Positions 1-12,124 of a stretch of 64,000 bases of DNA are shown here, in pieces. A model generated the notes under the pieces. It did not search any database. It was not told the origin of the DNA and saw only the letters and a list, made by a program, of their open reading frames with translations. Numbering within the stretch: position 1 is the first letter of the stretch; each line of letters begins with the position of its first letter. Position numbers and translations under genes: made by a program. Source of the DNA: Candidatus Methylomirabilia bacterium (GTDB lineage: Bacteria; Methylomirabilota; Methylomirabilia; Rokubacteriales; CSP1-6); the NCBI GenBank assembly GCA_041492755.1, contig JBGPXN010000003.1, positions 13,180 to 77,179 of the forward strand. Direction: 5' to 3'.

Positions 1-357
1 GCGACCGGCGCCGCGAACGCGCCGGCGGCCGGCTCGCAGGCCGAGCTCGCGCGGCTGGTGGCGTCCGTGAGCTCGCCGTACCGCCTGGTGGCGCGCGCGT
101 CGGAGCCGACGTGGGTGCGCGTGCGCATGGGTGACGGGCGCGCCGTCGAAGAGACGATGGGCGCCAACGAGGTCCGCGAGTGGGTGTCGAACCAACCGTT
201 CGTCCTCACCATCGGTAACGCCGGCGGAATCTCACTGGAGCTGAATGGCCGCGCACTCCCGTCGCTGGGCCCGCGCGGGGGCGTCGTCGGCCGCATCGTC
301 ATCCCGCCGCCGAACGACGCCGGCCCGCCGGCGGCAAAATCCGTTCCCAACCCGTGA
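1..357 (+). CDS. rodZ: 3' part of RodZ-like protein (C-terminal DUF4115-type domain), truncated by window start
   Basis: Frame open from base 1; WVRV..DG....E and LTIGNAGGISLELNG pattern typical of the RodZ C-terminal beta domain. Confidence 0.7.
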   Translation, partial: ATGAANAPAAGSQAELARLVASVSSPYRLVARASEPTWVRVRMGDGRAVEETMGANEVREWVSNQPFVLTIGNAGGISLELNGRALPSLGPRGGVVGRIVIPPPNDAGPPAAKSVPNP

Positions 358-1295
358 AGCTGTTCTCGGGACTCGGTGACCGCCTGCGGGCGAGTCTCAA
401 GCGTTCGCGCGACTATCTCGCCGGCGAGCTGTCCACCGTCTTCGAGGCGGACCGGCCGATCGACGAAGCGCTCTACGAGGAGCTGGAGGAGACGCTGATC
501 GCCGCCGACCTCGGCGCCATGCTGGCCGCCGACTTCACCAACCGCGCGCGCGAAGAGGTGATGTTCGGCACCGTCACGAAAGCCGGCCAGCTGCGCCCGT
601 TGTTCCGTCGATTTCTCGCCGACACGCTGGCCACCGCCGCCCAGCCGCTCGATCTCGACCATCGGCCGGCGGTGATGCTGATGCTCGGCGTGAACGGGTC
701 GGGGAAGACGACGACGTGCGCGAAGATCGCGGCCGCGCTCAAGAACGACGGCAAGCGCGTCGCGCTCGCCGCCGCCGATACCTTCCGGGCCGCGGCCATC
801 GAGCAGCTGCAGACGTGGGGCGACCGCGTGGGCGTGGAAGTCATTCACCAGGCGGCGGGCTCCGACCCGGCCGCGGTCGTGTTCGACGCCGTGAAAGCGG
901 CCACCGCTCGCGATCTCGACGTGCTCATCGTCGACACGGCCGGGCGCCTGCACACGAAGTCCAATCTCATGGCCGAGCTCGCCAAGGTGCGCAAGGTCAT
1001 CGAGCGTCAGCTTCCGGGAGCGCCGCACGAGAGTCTCATGGTGCTGGACGCGCCGACCGGGCAGAACGGCTTCGCGCAGGCCCGCATGTTCCACGAGGCG
1101 ATCGGGCTCACCGGCATCGTGCTCACCAAGCTCGACGGCACCGCGAAGGGCGGCATCGTCGTGCGCATCGTGCGCGAGCTCAAGCTCCCCATCAAGCTCG
1201 TGGGCGTCGGCGAGAAGCTCGAAGACCTGCAGCCGTTCGAGCCTGCTCCGTTCGTCGACGCGCTCGTGCCCGAGGCGCCCAGGCCCGGCGCATGA
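354..1295 (+). CDS. ftsY: Signal recognition particle receptor FtsY (NG domain only)
   Basis: GVNGSGKTT, DTFRAAA, DTAGR, TKLDGTAKGG motifs. Confidence 0.97.
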   Translation: MKLFSGLGDRLRASLKRSRDYLAGELSTVFEADRPIDEALYEELEETLIAADLGAMLAADFTNRAREEVMFGTVTKAGQLRPLFRRFLADTLATAAQPLDLDHRPAVMLMLGVNGSGKTTTCAKIAAALKNDGKRVALAAADTFRAAAIEQLQTWGDRVGVEVIHQAAGSDPAAVVFDAVKAATARDLDVLIVDTAGRLHTKSNLMAELAKVRKVIERQLPGAPHESLMVLDAPTGQNGFAQARMFHEAIGLTGIVLTKLDGTAKGGIVVRIVRELKLPIKLVGVGEKLEDLQPFEPAPFVDALVPEAPRPGA

Positions 1296-2407
1296 CGTCC
1301 GCCCCCGACCACGAATCCTGGATGCGGCGCGCCCTCGCGCTCGCCGAGCGCGGGCGAGGGCTGACGTCGCCGAATCCGATGGTCGGTGCCGTGGTCGTGC
1401 GCGACGGGACCGTGGTCGGTGAAGGATTCCACGAACGGGCGGGTGGCCCGCACGCCGAGGTCACCGCGCTGGCCGCGGCCGCCGAGCGCGCCCGCGGCGC
1501 GACGCTGTACGTCACGCTCGAGCCGTGCATGCATCAGGGCCAAACCCCCCCCTGCGCCCCGGCCGTCGTGGCGGCCGGCATCCGGACCGTCGTGGCGGCC
1601 GTCTCCGATCCCAACCCGTTCGTGGCCGGGGGAGGGGCGGACGCGCTCCGCGCCGCCGGGGTCGACGTTCGGCTCGGCGTGCTGGCCGATCGGGCGCGAA
1701 CCCAGAACCGCGTTTTCTTCACGGCAATGCGGGAACGGCGGCCGCACGTGACTCTCAAGGCGGCCATGACGCTCGACGGCAAGATTGCCGACGCCCATGG
1801 CGTCTCCCGCTGGATCACGGGAGAGGCCGCCCGCGCCGAAGCCCACCAGCTACGCAGCGAAGTCGACGCCATCGTGGTCGGTCACGCCACCGTGGAGCAC
1901 GACGATCCCGCGCTCACGGTGCGGCGCGAGGCGCCATGGCCGCGCGAGCCGCTGCGCATCGTGCTGGATACGCAGGCCCGGACACCGACGACGGCGCGAG
2001 TGATCACGGCGGCCACCGCCGCCCGTGCGGTGATCGCGGTCGGGTCGGCGGCCCCGGCGGGACGCGTGGCCGCGTTGGAGCGCGCGGGCGCGACCGTGCT
2101 GCGTTGTGGCGGGAGCGAGGGCAACGTCGACGTGCGCGAGCTGCTGGTCGCGCTGTTCGAGCGCGAGGTGCGCGGCGTGCTCGTCGAGGGCGGCGGCGAG
2201 GTCGCCGCGTCGTTTCTCGACGCCGGTCTCGTCGATCGGGTTGTGCTCTTCGTGGCGCCACTGCTGCTCGGCGGGCGAACGGCGGCCTCGGTGGTGGGTG
2301 GCGGTGGACGCGATCTGAAGGAGGCGGTGCGGCTCGAGGCGCTGGCCGTCCGCCGGGTCGGGGACGATCTGCTCATCGAAGCGGACGTCGCGCGCGGCGG
2401 GGCCTGA
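1292..2407 (+). CDS. ribD: Riboflavin biosynthesis deaminase/reductase RibD
   Basis: ATG 1292 overlaps ftsY stop; PNPMVGAV, HAE, TLEPC..HQGQTPPC, TLDGKIA, VEGG. Confidence 0.96.
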   Translation: MTSAPDHESWMRRALALAERGRGLTSPNPMVGAVVVRDGTVVGEGFHERAGGPHAEVTALAAAAERARGATLYVTLEPCMHQGQTPPCAPAVVAAGIRTVVAAVSDPNPFVAGGGADALRAAGVDVRLGVLADRARTQNRVFFTAMRERRPHVTLKAAMTLDGKIADAHGVSRWITGEAARAEAHQLRSEVDAIVVGHATVEHDDPALTVRREAPWPREPLRIVLDTQARTPTTARVITAATAARAVIAVGSAAPAGRVAALERAGATVLRCGGSEGNVDVRELLVALFEREVRGVLVEGGGEVAASFLDAGLVDRVVLFVAPLLLGGRTAASVVGGGGRDLKEAVRLEALAVRRVGDDLLIEADVARGGA

Positions 2408-2421
2408 GACCGGCGCGCCTG

Positions 2422-3024
2422 ATGTTCACCGGTATCGTGGAAGAGATCGGCGTGGTTCGGGCGGTTTCTCGCGCCGGCGACGTGGCGCGGCTGGACGTCG
2501 GCGCCACCCTTACCCTGGACGGCTCCGATCTCGGCGCGAGCGTCGCCGTGAACGGTGTATGCCTGACGGTCGTGGAGCGCAAGCGTGACGGCTTCGCCTT
2601 CGACGTCGGGCCGGAGACGCTCGCGGCCACCGCGCTCGGCCGGCTGGCGCCCGGCGCGCGCGTGAACCTCGAGCGCCCGTTGCGGCTCGGCGCCGCGCTC
2701 GGTGGGCATCTCGTCCTCGGGCACGTGGATGGCGTGGGCACCGTCGAGGCGGTAAGGCGTGTAGAATCGACGGCACGGGTGCGGATTGCCGTGCCCGACC
2801 GGGCGTTCGAATCGCTGCTGGTGCCCAAGGGCTCGGTGGCGGTGGACGGCGTGAGCCTGACGGTGGCGGCACTGGCTCCGGGCGCCTTCGAGGTGATGCT
2901 GATCCCGCACACGCTCGAGGTCACCACGCTGGGGACGCTCGTCGCGGGACACGCGGTGAACATCGAGGCCGACGTGATCGGCAAGTACGTGGTGCGGGCG
3001 CTGGCGCTCCGGGAGACGACATGA
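2422..3024 (+). CDS. ribE: Riboflavin synthase alpha chain
   Basis: Starts [37 protein letters not shown]. Confidence 0.96.
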   Translation: MFTGIVEEIGVVRAVSRAGDVARLDVGATLTLDGSDLGASVAVNGVCLTVVERKRDGFAFDVGPETLAATALGRLAPGARVNLERPLRLGAALGGHLVLGHVDGVGTVEAVRRVESTARVRIAVPDRAFESLLVPKGSVAVDGVSLTVAALAPGAFEVMLIPHTLEVTTLGTLVAGHAVNIEADVIGKYVVRALALRETT

Positions 3025-4232
3025 CCGGGTTCGGGACGATCGAAGACGCCATCGAGGACATCCGGAACGGCCGGATGATCCTCGTCGTCGACGACGAGGA
3101 TCGCGAGAACGAGGGCGACCTCGTCATGGCCGCCGAAAAGGCCACGCCGGAGGCGGTCAACTTCATGCTCAAGTACGGCCGCGGGCTCCTGTGCGTGCCC
3201 ATGACCGGCGAGCGCCTGGACGAGCTCGACATTCCGATGATGGTGCGGGAGAACACGGCGCCGCTGGGGACGGCCTTCACGCAGACGGTGGACGCCCGCC
3301 GCGGCGTGACGACCGGAACGTCGGCCTACGATCGCGCCGTCACCATCCGGACCCTCGTCGATCCCCTGACTCGCCCCGCGGATCTCACGCGTCCCGGACA
3401 CGTCAATCCGCTCCGCGCCATGGACGGCGGGGTGCTGCGCCGTGCCGGCCACACCGAGGCCGCCGTCGATCTCGCCCGGCTTGCCGGCTGCCTGCCCGCA
3501 GGGGTCATCTGCGAGGTGCTCGACGACGAAGGCGGCATGGCGCGGGTGCCCGAGCTCGCCCAGCTCGCCCGTGATTACAAGCTGGCCATGATCACGATCA
3601 AGGAGCTCATCCGCTACCGGACCCAGCACGAGAAGCTCGTGCGGCGGGTCGCGACCACGCGGCTGCCGACCGAGTTCGGCGAGTTCACGGCCATCGCCTA
3701 CGAGGCGACGGTGTACAGCCGCGTTCACTTCGCCCTCGTCATGGGCGATATCGGTGGTGATTCGCCGGTGCTCGTACGAATGCACTCGGAGTGCCTCACC
3801 GGTGACGTGTTCGGGTCCCGGCGGTGCGACTGCGGACCACAGCTCTCGCGGGCCCTCCAGATGATCCAGCAGGAAGGCCGGGGCGTCGTGGTGTACTTGC
3901 GCCAGGAGGGCCGGGGCATCGGCCTGCACAACAAGATTCGCGCCTACGAGCTGCAGGACCAGGGCAAGGACACCGTGGAGGCGAACGAGGCCCTCGGCTT
4001 CAAAGGGGACATGCGCGATTACGGCATCGGCGCCCAGATCCTCGTCGACCTCGGACTCAGGAATCTGAAACTGCTCACCAACAATCCCGCCAAGCGCGTC
4101 GGCCTCGAGGGGTACGGGCTCAACTACGTGGAGCGGGTGGCCATCGAGATCGCGCCCAACGAAGAGAATCGCCGGTACCTGAGCACCAAGCGCGACAAGC
4201 TCGGGCACCTGCTCACGTCTCTTCCGGACTGA
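3021..4232 (+). CDS. ribBA: DHBP synthase / GTP cyclohydrolase II
   Basis: [43 protein letters not shown]. Confidence 0.97.
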   Translation: MTGFGTIEDAIEDIRNGRMILVVDDEDRENEGDLVMAAEKATPEAVNFMLKYGRGLLCVPMTGERLDELDIPMMVRENTAPLGTAFTQTVDARRGVTTGTSAYDRAVTIRTLVDPLTRPADLTRPGHVNPLRAMDGGVLRRAGHTEAAVDLARLAGCLPAGVICEVLDDEGGMARVPELAQLARDYKLAMITIKELIRYRTQHEKLVRRVATTRLPTEFGEFTAIAYEATVYSRVHFALVMGDIGGDSPVLVRMHSECLTGDVFGSRRCDCGPQLSRALQMIQQEGRGVVVYLRQEGRGIGLHNKIRAYELQDQGKDTVEANEALGFKGDMRDYGIGAQILVDLGLRNLKLLTNNPAKRVGLEGYGLNYVERVAIEIAPNEENRRYLSTKRDKLGHLLTSLPD

Positions 4233-4236
4233 GCGC

Positions 4237-4737
4237 GTGGCCGGGCGGGCTCCACGATCCGCGAGGACGACGCTGGTCGGTGCCGGACGTTTCGCCGTGG
4301 TGGCGGCGCGGTTCAACGAGCCGATCACCAAACGCCTCGTCGATGGCGCCGTCCACGCGCTGGGCGTCGCCGGGGTGGCGGCGGGCGCGGTGGACGTCTT
4401 CTGGATCCCCGGCTCGTTCGAGCTGCCGCAGGCCGCGTCCCATCTCGCCGGCACGCGTGGCTACGCCGGCATCATCTGTCTCGGCGTCGTCATCCGCGGC
4501 CAGACGCCGCACTTCGAGCACGTCGCGCGCGAAGCGGCGACCGGCATCCGTGAGGTCGCGCTGCGCACCGGCGTGCCGGTGACGTTCGGCGTCATCACCG
4601 CGCTGAGCGAGGCGCAGGCGTGGGATCGGGCCGGTGGCGAGGTCGGCAACCGTGGCGAGGAGGCCGCGGAGGCCGCCCTCGAGATGGCCGGCTTCATCCG
4701 CTCGCTCCGCTCGAAACCCCGTCGTCGAGGTCGTTGA
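4237..4737 (+). CDS. ribH: 6,7-dimethyl-8-ribityllumazine synthase
   Basis: ARFN..IT, PGSFELP, CLGVVIRGQTPHF, FGVIT. Confidence 0.95.
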   Translation: MAGRAPRSARTTLVGAGRFAVVAARFNEPITKRLVDGAVHALGVAGVAAGAVDVFWIPGSFELPQAASHLAGTRGYAGIICLGVVIRGQTPHFEHVAREAATGIREVALRTGVPVTFGVITALSEAQAWDRAGGEVGNRGEEAAEAALEMAGFIRSLRSKPRRRGR

Positions 4738-4738
4738 A

Positions 4739-5155
4739 GTGGGTCGGCGGCGGAAGGCCCGGGAAGTCGCGTTGCAGCTCCTCTACCAGCTCGACCTCCG
4801 GGACGAGCGGCAACCCGCGGCGTACGAGGCCGAATTCTGGACGGACCATCCGGCCGATAGCGACACGCAGCGCTTCGCGAGCCGGCTCGTGCGCGGCGCC
4901 AAGCACCATCAAGAAGAAGTCGACGGGCTCATCACTCAGTACACGGAGCACTGGGACCTCGATCGTATGGCGGTGGTGGACCGGAATCTCTTGAGGCTCG
5001 CGGTGTACGAGCTCCTCTGGCATCCGGAGGTACCGGCCAAGGTGGCCATAAACGAGGCGATCGAGATCGCCAAGAAGTTCGGGACGCAGGAGTCGGGGCG
5101 GTTCATCAACGGGATCCTGGATCGCATCCACAAAGAGCTGCGGCCGGCTTCCTGA
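4739..5155 (+). CDS. nusB: Transcription antitermination factor NusB
   Basis: GTG 4739; RRKAREVALQLLY, W..DRM..VDRN.LR, VAINEAIEIAKKF, FINGILD; follows ribH. Confidence 0.95.
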   Translation: MGRRRKAREVALQLLYQLDLRDERQPAAYEAEFWTDHPADSDTQRFASRLVRGAKHHQEEVDGLITQYTEHWDLDRMAVVDRNLLRLAVYELLWHPEVPAKVAINEAIEIAKKFGTQESGRFINGILDRIHKELRPAS

Positions 5156-5168
5156 TCCGGCGCCCACC

Positions 5169-5894
5169 GTGCGGTACGCCATCCTGTCCGACATCCACGC
5201 CAACCTCGAAGCGCTGACGGCCGTGCTCGCCGACGCCGCCGATGCCGCCGACGCCGTCCTCTGTCTCGGCGACATCGTGGGGTACGGCGCCGATCCCGAA
5301 GCCTGCGTCGACCTCGTTGGGGAGCGCGCGCAGGCCGTCGTGGCCGGCAACCACGAGTACGGTGTCGGCGGCCGGATGGACCTCGACTGGTTCAATCCGT
5401 ATGCACGCGCCGCCGCGGAGTGGACGGCGACGCGGCTCGACCGCGAGCACCACGCGTGGCTGACGTCGCTGCCGCTCACCGCTGAGGTCGAAGACGCCAC
5501 GCTCGTGCACGCGTCACCCGATCACCCCGAGGAGTGGGACTACCTCGTGGATCCCGAAGACGGCTTCGAGGCCTTCGAGGCGTTCGGCACGCGGCTCTGC
5601 TTCGTCGGGCATTCGCACCGGCCGGCGCAGTGGTCGCTCGGCTCGTCGGGGCCCGACCACGAACCGGGCGCGACCGACGTGTCGTTGGTGGCCGGCCGCC
5701 GATACATCGTCAACGTGGGGAGCGTGGGGCAGCCGCGCGACCGCGATCCGCGGGCGGCGTACGCCGTGTGGGACGTGCCGGCGCGGCGGGTCGTCCTGCG
5801 CCGGGTGCCGTACGACATCACTACGGCCCGCCGCAAGATCGTCGCCGCCGGACTGCCGCGCATGCTCGGTGATCGCCTCCGCATCGGAGCCTGA
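5169..5894 (+). CDS. Calcineurin-like metallophosphoesterase
   Basis: SDIHAN, LGDIVGYG, GNHE, VHASP, GHSH, NVGSVGQPRD. Confidence 0.9.
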   Translation: MRYAILSDIHANLEALTAVLADAADAADAVLCLGDIVGYGADPEACVDLVGERAQAVVAGNHEYGVGGRMDLDWFNPYARAAAEWTATRLDREHHAWLTSLPLTAEVEDATLVHASPDHPEEWDYLVDPEDGFEAFEAFGTRLCFVGHSHRPAQWSLGSSGPDHEPGATDVSLVAGRRYIVNVGSVGQPRDRDPRAAYAVWDVPARRVVLRRVPYDITTARRKIVAAGLPRMLGDRLRIGA

Positions 5895-7404
5895 GTTCTC
5901 GCGCGCGGCCTGGCTGCGGCACGGCGTCCCCGCCCTCGTCGCCGGGATCGCGCTGGCCGCGGCGTTTCCGCGCTACGAGTGGGAAGGTGTCGCGTGGGTG
6001 GCCCTGGCGCCCGTGCTGCTCACGGCGCTCTCCACCACGCCGCGGGCCGCGCTCGGCTGGGGCTGGCTCGCCGGGTTCGTGTTCTTCTCGGCGCTGCTCA
6101 AGTGGCTCAACACCACCTTTCAGGTCTACAGCGCGATCCCGTGGCCCATCGTCTACGGCCCGATCGCGCTGCTCGCGGCGTACTGCGGCCTGTACGTCGG
6201 CCTCGTGGCCGCCGCGGTGGCATGGATCCGGGTGCGGCGCTCGCCGGCGGAGGGGCTACTGGCGGCGCCGTTCCTGTGGGTGGCGGGAGAGTGGCTTCGT
6301 GGCCATCTGATGTACGGCTTTCCGTGGGGCAACCTGGGCTACTCGCAGTACCGGCAGCTGGCGATCATCCAGATCGCCGAGCTGGGCGGCGTCGACGCGG
6401 TGTCGTTTCTGCTCGTCGCCGTGAACGCGGCCCTGGCGGGGTGTTTCGTCCTGCCGCGGCGCAAAAAGGTGATAGGCGTGCTGCTCGCAGCGATCCTCTT
6501 CGGCGGCTCGCTCGGCTTCGGTGTCCGCCGGCTGGCGGTGCCGCCGCCGCCGCCCACGGCGACGGTGGCCATCGTCCAGCCTTCGATCACCCAGGTCCGC
6601 AAGTGGGACGAGTCATACGCCGCGGAGGTCCTCGGAACGTTCTTTGCCTTGACGCGGCAGGCGGGCGCGCAGCGTCCGGCGCTCATCGTCTGGCCCGAGA
6701 CGGCGACGCCGACCATGGTACGGCGCGATCGGGCGCTCCTGGCCGCGCTCACCCGGCTGTCGGGGGAGCTCGAGGCGGGCCTGCTCGTGGGTTCCATCGA
6801 CGCCGGCGACGGCCCGGTGCCGGCCTTCCGCAACACGGCCTTCCTCGTCACTGGGCGGGGCATCCAGCAGCGCTATGATAAAATTCAACTCGTTCCGTTC
6901 GGAGAGTTCATCCCGCTGTCAGGAGTGCTCGGTTTCGTGAGGGGCTGGGCCGATTTCATCGCCGATCTGGAGCCCGGCGCCCGCGCCGAAGTGTTTACGG
7001 GCCCGCCAGCCCCGTTCGGTGTCATGATCTGTTACGAGGGTGTTTTTCCCGATCTCGTGCGCCGCTTCGTGCAGAACGGTGCGCGGTTCATGGTGAACAT
7101 GACGAACGACGGCTGGTTCGGCAGGACGAGTGGCCCACTCCAGCATCTCTCGATGTATCCGTTCCGCGCGGTGGAGCATCGCACGGCGATCGTGCGGGCG
7201 GCGAACACCGGCATCTCCGCCTTCATCAGCCCCACCGGCGACATCGTGAGTCGGCTCGGTCTTTACGAGCGCGGCGTCCTCACGGGCCGCGTGCCGCTCC
7301 GCGAGGGACAGACGCTCTATACGCGCCTGGGCGCGTGGCTCGCCTACCTGAGTCTGGCCGTGGCGGGGCTGATGCTGGCCCACGCGGCCGCGCGAGGTCG
7401 CTGA
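5869..7404 (+). CDS. lnt: Apolipoprotein N-acyltransferase
   Basis: Multiple TM helices, GFPW..LGYSQ, WPETA, YDK..LVPFGE, ICYE, TNDGWFG, RAANTGIS. Confidence 0.95.
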   Translation: MIASASEPEFSRAAWLRHGVPALVAGIALAAAFPRYEWEGVAWVALAPVLLTALSTTPRAALGWGWLAGFVFFSALLKWLNTTFQVYSAIPWPIVYGPIALLAAYCGLYVGLVAAAVAWIRVRRSPAEGLLAAPFLWVAGEWLRGHLMYGFPWGNLGYSQYRQLAIIQIAELGGVDAVSFLLVAVNAALAGCFVLPRRKKVIGVLLAAILFGGSLGFGVRRLAVPPPPPTATVAIVQPSITQVRKWDESYAAEVLGTFFALTRQAGAQRPALIVWPETATPTMVRRDRALLAALTRLSGELEAGLLVGSIDAGDGPVPAFRNTAFLVTGRGIQQRYDKIQLVPFGEFIPLSGVLGFVRGWADFIADLEPGARAEVFTGPPAPFGVMICYEGVFPDLVRRFVQNGARFMVNMTNDGWFGRTSGPLQHLSMYPFRAVEHRTAIVRAANTGISAFISPTGDIVSRLGLYERGVLTGRVPLREGQTLYTRLGAWLAYLSLAVAGLMLAHAAARGR

Positions 7405-8504
7405 TGCTGAGCGACCTCAAGCGCGACGCGGCTGAATGCGCGCGGCGGGTGGACGAGCTCCGGAGGCATCTTTGACATCCCCACCAAAGAGCAGCGACTC
7501 GCCGCCATCGACGCCGAGATGGCGGTTCCGAACTTCTGGGACGACACGCGCCGCGCCCAGGAGTTGACCCGCGAACGCACCGAGCTGAGCCGCACCATCG
7601 CTCGCGTGCAGGAGCTCGCCAGTCGCTCCGAGGACATCGGGGTCCTGCTCGAGCTGGCCGCCGAGGAAGACGACGGAAGTCTCGACGCCGAGATCAGCGA
7701 CAACATCGCCAACCTCCGGAAGGAGCTCGAAGAGTTCGAGCTCAAGGTCATGCTGTCCGGGCCGCACGACGCCAAGCCGTGCGTCGTCTCGATCCATCCC
7801 GGCGCTGGCGGCACCGAGTCGCAGGACTGGGCGCAGATGCTGATGCGCATGTACCTTCGCTGGTGTGAACGCCGGGGCTTCCACGCTGAAGTCGTCGACC
7901 TGCTGCCGGGCGAAGAGGCGGGGATCAAGTCCGCGACGGTCGAGGTCTCGGGTGAGTACGCGTACGGCTTCCTGCGCGGTGAGACCGGCGTGCACCGGCT
8001 CGTCCGGATCTCGCCGTTCGACGCGTCCCGCCGCCGGCAGACGAGCTTCGCGTCGGTGGCGGTGGTGCCGGAGGTGGACGACGTCGAAGTGGTCGTCAAG
8101 GACGACGACCTTCGCGTCGACGTGTTCCGCTCCTCCGGGCCCGGCGGGCAGGGCGTCAACACCGCGGACTCCGCGGTACGGATCACGCACCTGCCCACCA
8201 ACATCGTCGTGCAGTGTCAGAACGAGCGCTCGCAGCTCCGCAACCGCGACACCGCGATGCGCATCCTCAAGGCGCGGCTCTACGAGATCGCCCAGAGGAA
8301 GCAGCGCGAGGAGCTGGCCGAGCTGACCGGACACAAGAAGGAGATCGCGTTCGGCAGCCAGATCCGCTCCTACACGTTCCATCCGTATCAGCTCGTGAAG
8401 GACCACCGGACGAGCACCGAAGTCGGCAACGTCGAGGGCGTGATGGAGGGTGATCTCGACGGGCTCATCAAAGCCTACCTTCTCTGGGCGCAGGGTAAGG
8501 AGCA

Positions 8505-8508
<4 letters not shown>
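7404..8508 (+). CDS. prfB: Peptide chain release factor 2, with programmed +1 frameshift
   Basis: ATG 7404, 23 codons to CTT-TGA-C (7470-7476); +1 frame continues into the 7519..8508 ORF with SPF and GGQ motifs. Confidence 0.97.
7462..7476 (+). promoter_or_regulatory. RF2 autoregulatory +1 frameshift site
   Basis: GGAGG-CAT-CTT-TGA-C: internal SD, 3 nt, then CTT-TGA-C. Confidence 0.95.
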
Positions 8509-10042
<1,534 letters not shown>

Positions 10043-10046
<4 letters not shown>

Positions 10047-11267
10047 GCCGCGGCCTGCCGTTCGAGCTGTTCCTCGGCTTGCGCTACCTGCGCTCGCGTG
10101 GGCAGGGCACCAACCTCTCGCTCTTCGTGTGGATTGGCGTCGGTGGAGTCTTCCTGGGCGTGGCCGCGCTGATCGTGGTGCTGGCGGTGATGACGGGCTT
10201 TCAAGACGGCATCCGCGACAGGATCATCTCCGCCAACCCGCACCTGTTGGTGTTCCAGGCGGGCGGGGGCTTGGTCGATCCGAACGCGGTGGCCGAACAG
10301 GTCCGCGCGGTCCCCGGCGTGCGCGCGGCGACCCCGTTCGTGCTCCAGCAGGCGCTCTTCACCAGCGAAGTCGGCGGCGCCCACGGCGGACTCGTGCGGG
10401 GCGTGGCGCTCGACAACCCGGCGGTGGTGGAGGATTTGCGACGCCAGATCCGCACGGGAAGCCTCGAAGCGCTGGCCAGTGGCGAGCCCACCGTGCTCCT
10501 CGGGTGGGAGCTGGCGCGAACACTCGGCGTGCTGCCCGGCGACTTCGTCACGCTCGTCTCGCCGCGGGGCGCGCTCACCGCGGTGGGCATGGTCCCCAAG
10601 ATGCGCCGCTACATGGTGGCGGGCACGGTCGAGGTCGGCATGCACGAGTACGATTCGTCCATCGCTTACCTCAACCTGCCCGCCGCCAGCGAGTTCGCCG
10701 ACATCCCGGCCGGGGTCACCGGCCTGGAGGTGAAGCTCGCCGATCCGTTCGACGCCAAGCGCATCGGCGGCACCATCGCCCGCCGTCTCGGCCCCCCGTA
10801 CTGGGTCCGCGACTGGATGGACATGAACCGGAATCTCTTCGCCGCGCTCCAGCTCGAGAAGCTGGCGCTGTTCGTGATCGTGACCATCATCGTGCTGGTC
10901 GCGGCCTTCGCCATCATCGGCCACCTCGTGCTGCTCGTGGCCGAGAAGCGGAAGGAGATCGGGATTCTGAAGGCGATCGGCGCCTCCGGGGCCAGCATCA
11001 CCACCGTGTTCTTCTGCGTCGGGATGATCATCGGCGGCGTCGGGACGATCGCCGGGTCCGTGGTCGGCCTCTCGCTGATCTGGGTGCAGAACACGTACCG
11101 GATCATTCGTCTCGCCGGCGACGTGTACCAGATCGACTACCTGCCGATGAAGCTGGCGCCGACCGACTTCCTGCTCGTCATCGGGTCCACCCTGCTCCTC
11201 TCGTTCCTCGCCACGATCTTCCCGGCGCGCCGGGCGGGCTCGCTGGTGCCGGTCGACGTGCTCCGCT

Positions 11268-11275
<8 letters not shown>
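10043..11275 (+). CDS. Lipoprotein-releasing ABC permease LolC/E (single gene)
   Basis: [39 protein letters not shown]; adjacent to lolD. Confidence 0.9.
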
Positions 11276-11966
<691 letters not shown>

Positions 11967-12046
11967 GTGACCGGACGGCAGCTTGGTGTTTGGACTGTAA
12001 TATCCGTCGGTTAGGAAAAAGGCTAGGCGCGGTAGGACCGCTGGTC

Positions 12047-12052
12047 TATACT
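12047..12052 (+). promoter_or_regulatory. Putative sigma70 -10 box for clpC
   Basis: TATACT in the relatively AT-rich lolD-clpC gap; only a weak -35. Confidence 0.45.
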
Positions 12053-12124
12053 CAACTCGACTAACTAGCCGTCGGCGAAGGAAAAACGGCAGCCTGAAGC
12101 ACAGGAAAGGGGTGGGGGAGACTC

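Noticed and set aside
1200..2421. FMN riboswitch upstream of the rib genes
   Set aside because: ribD overlaps ftsY and the ribD-ribE gap is only 14 nt; no space or motif
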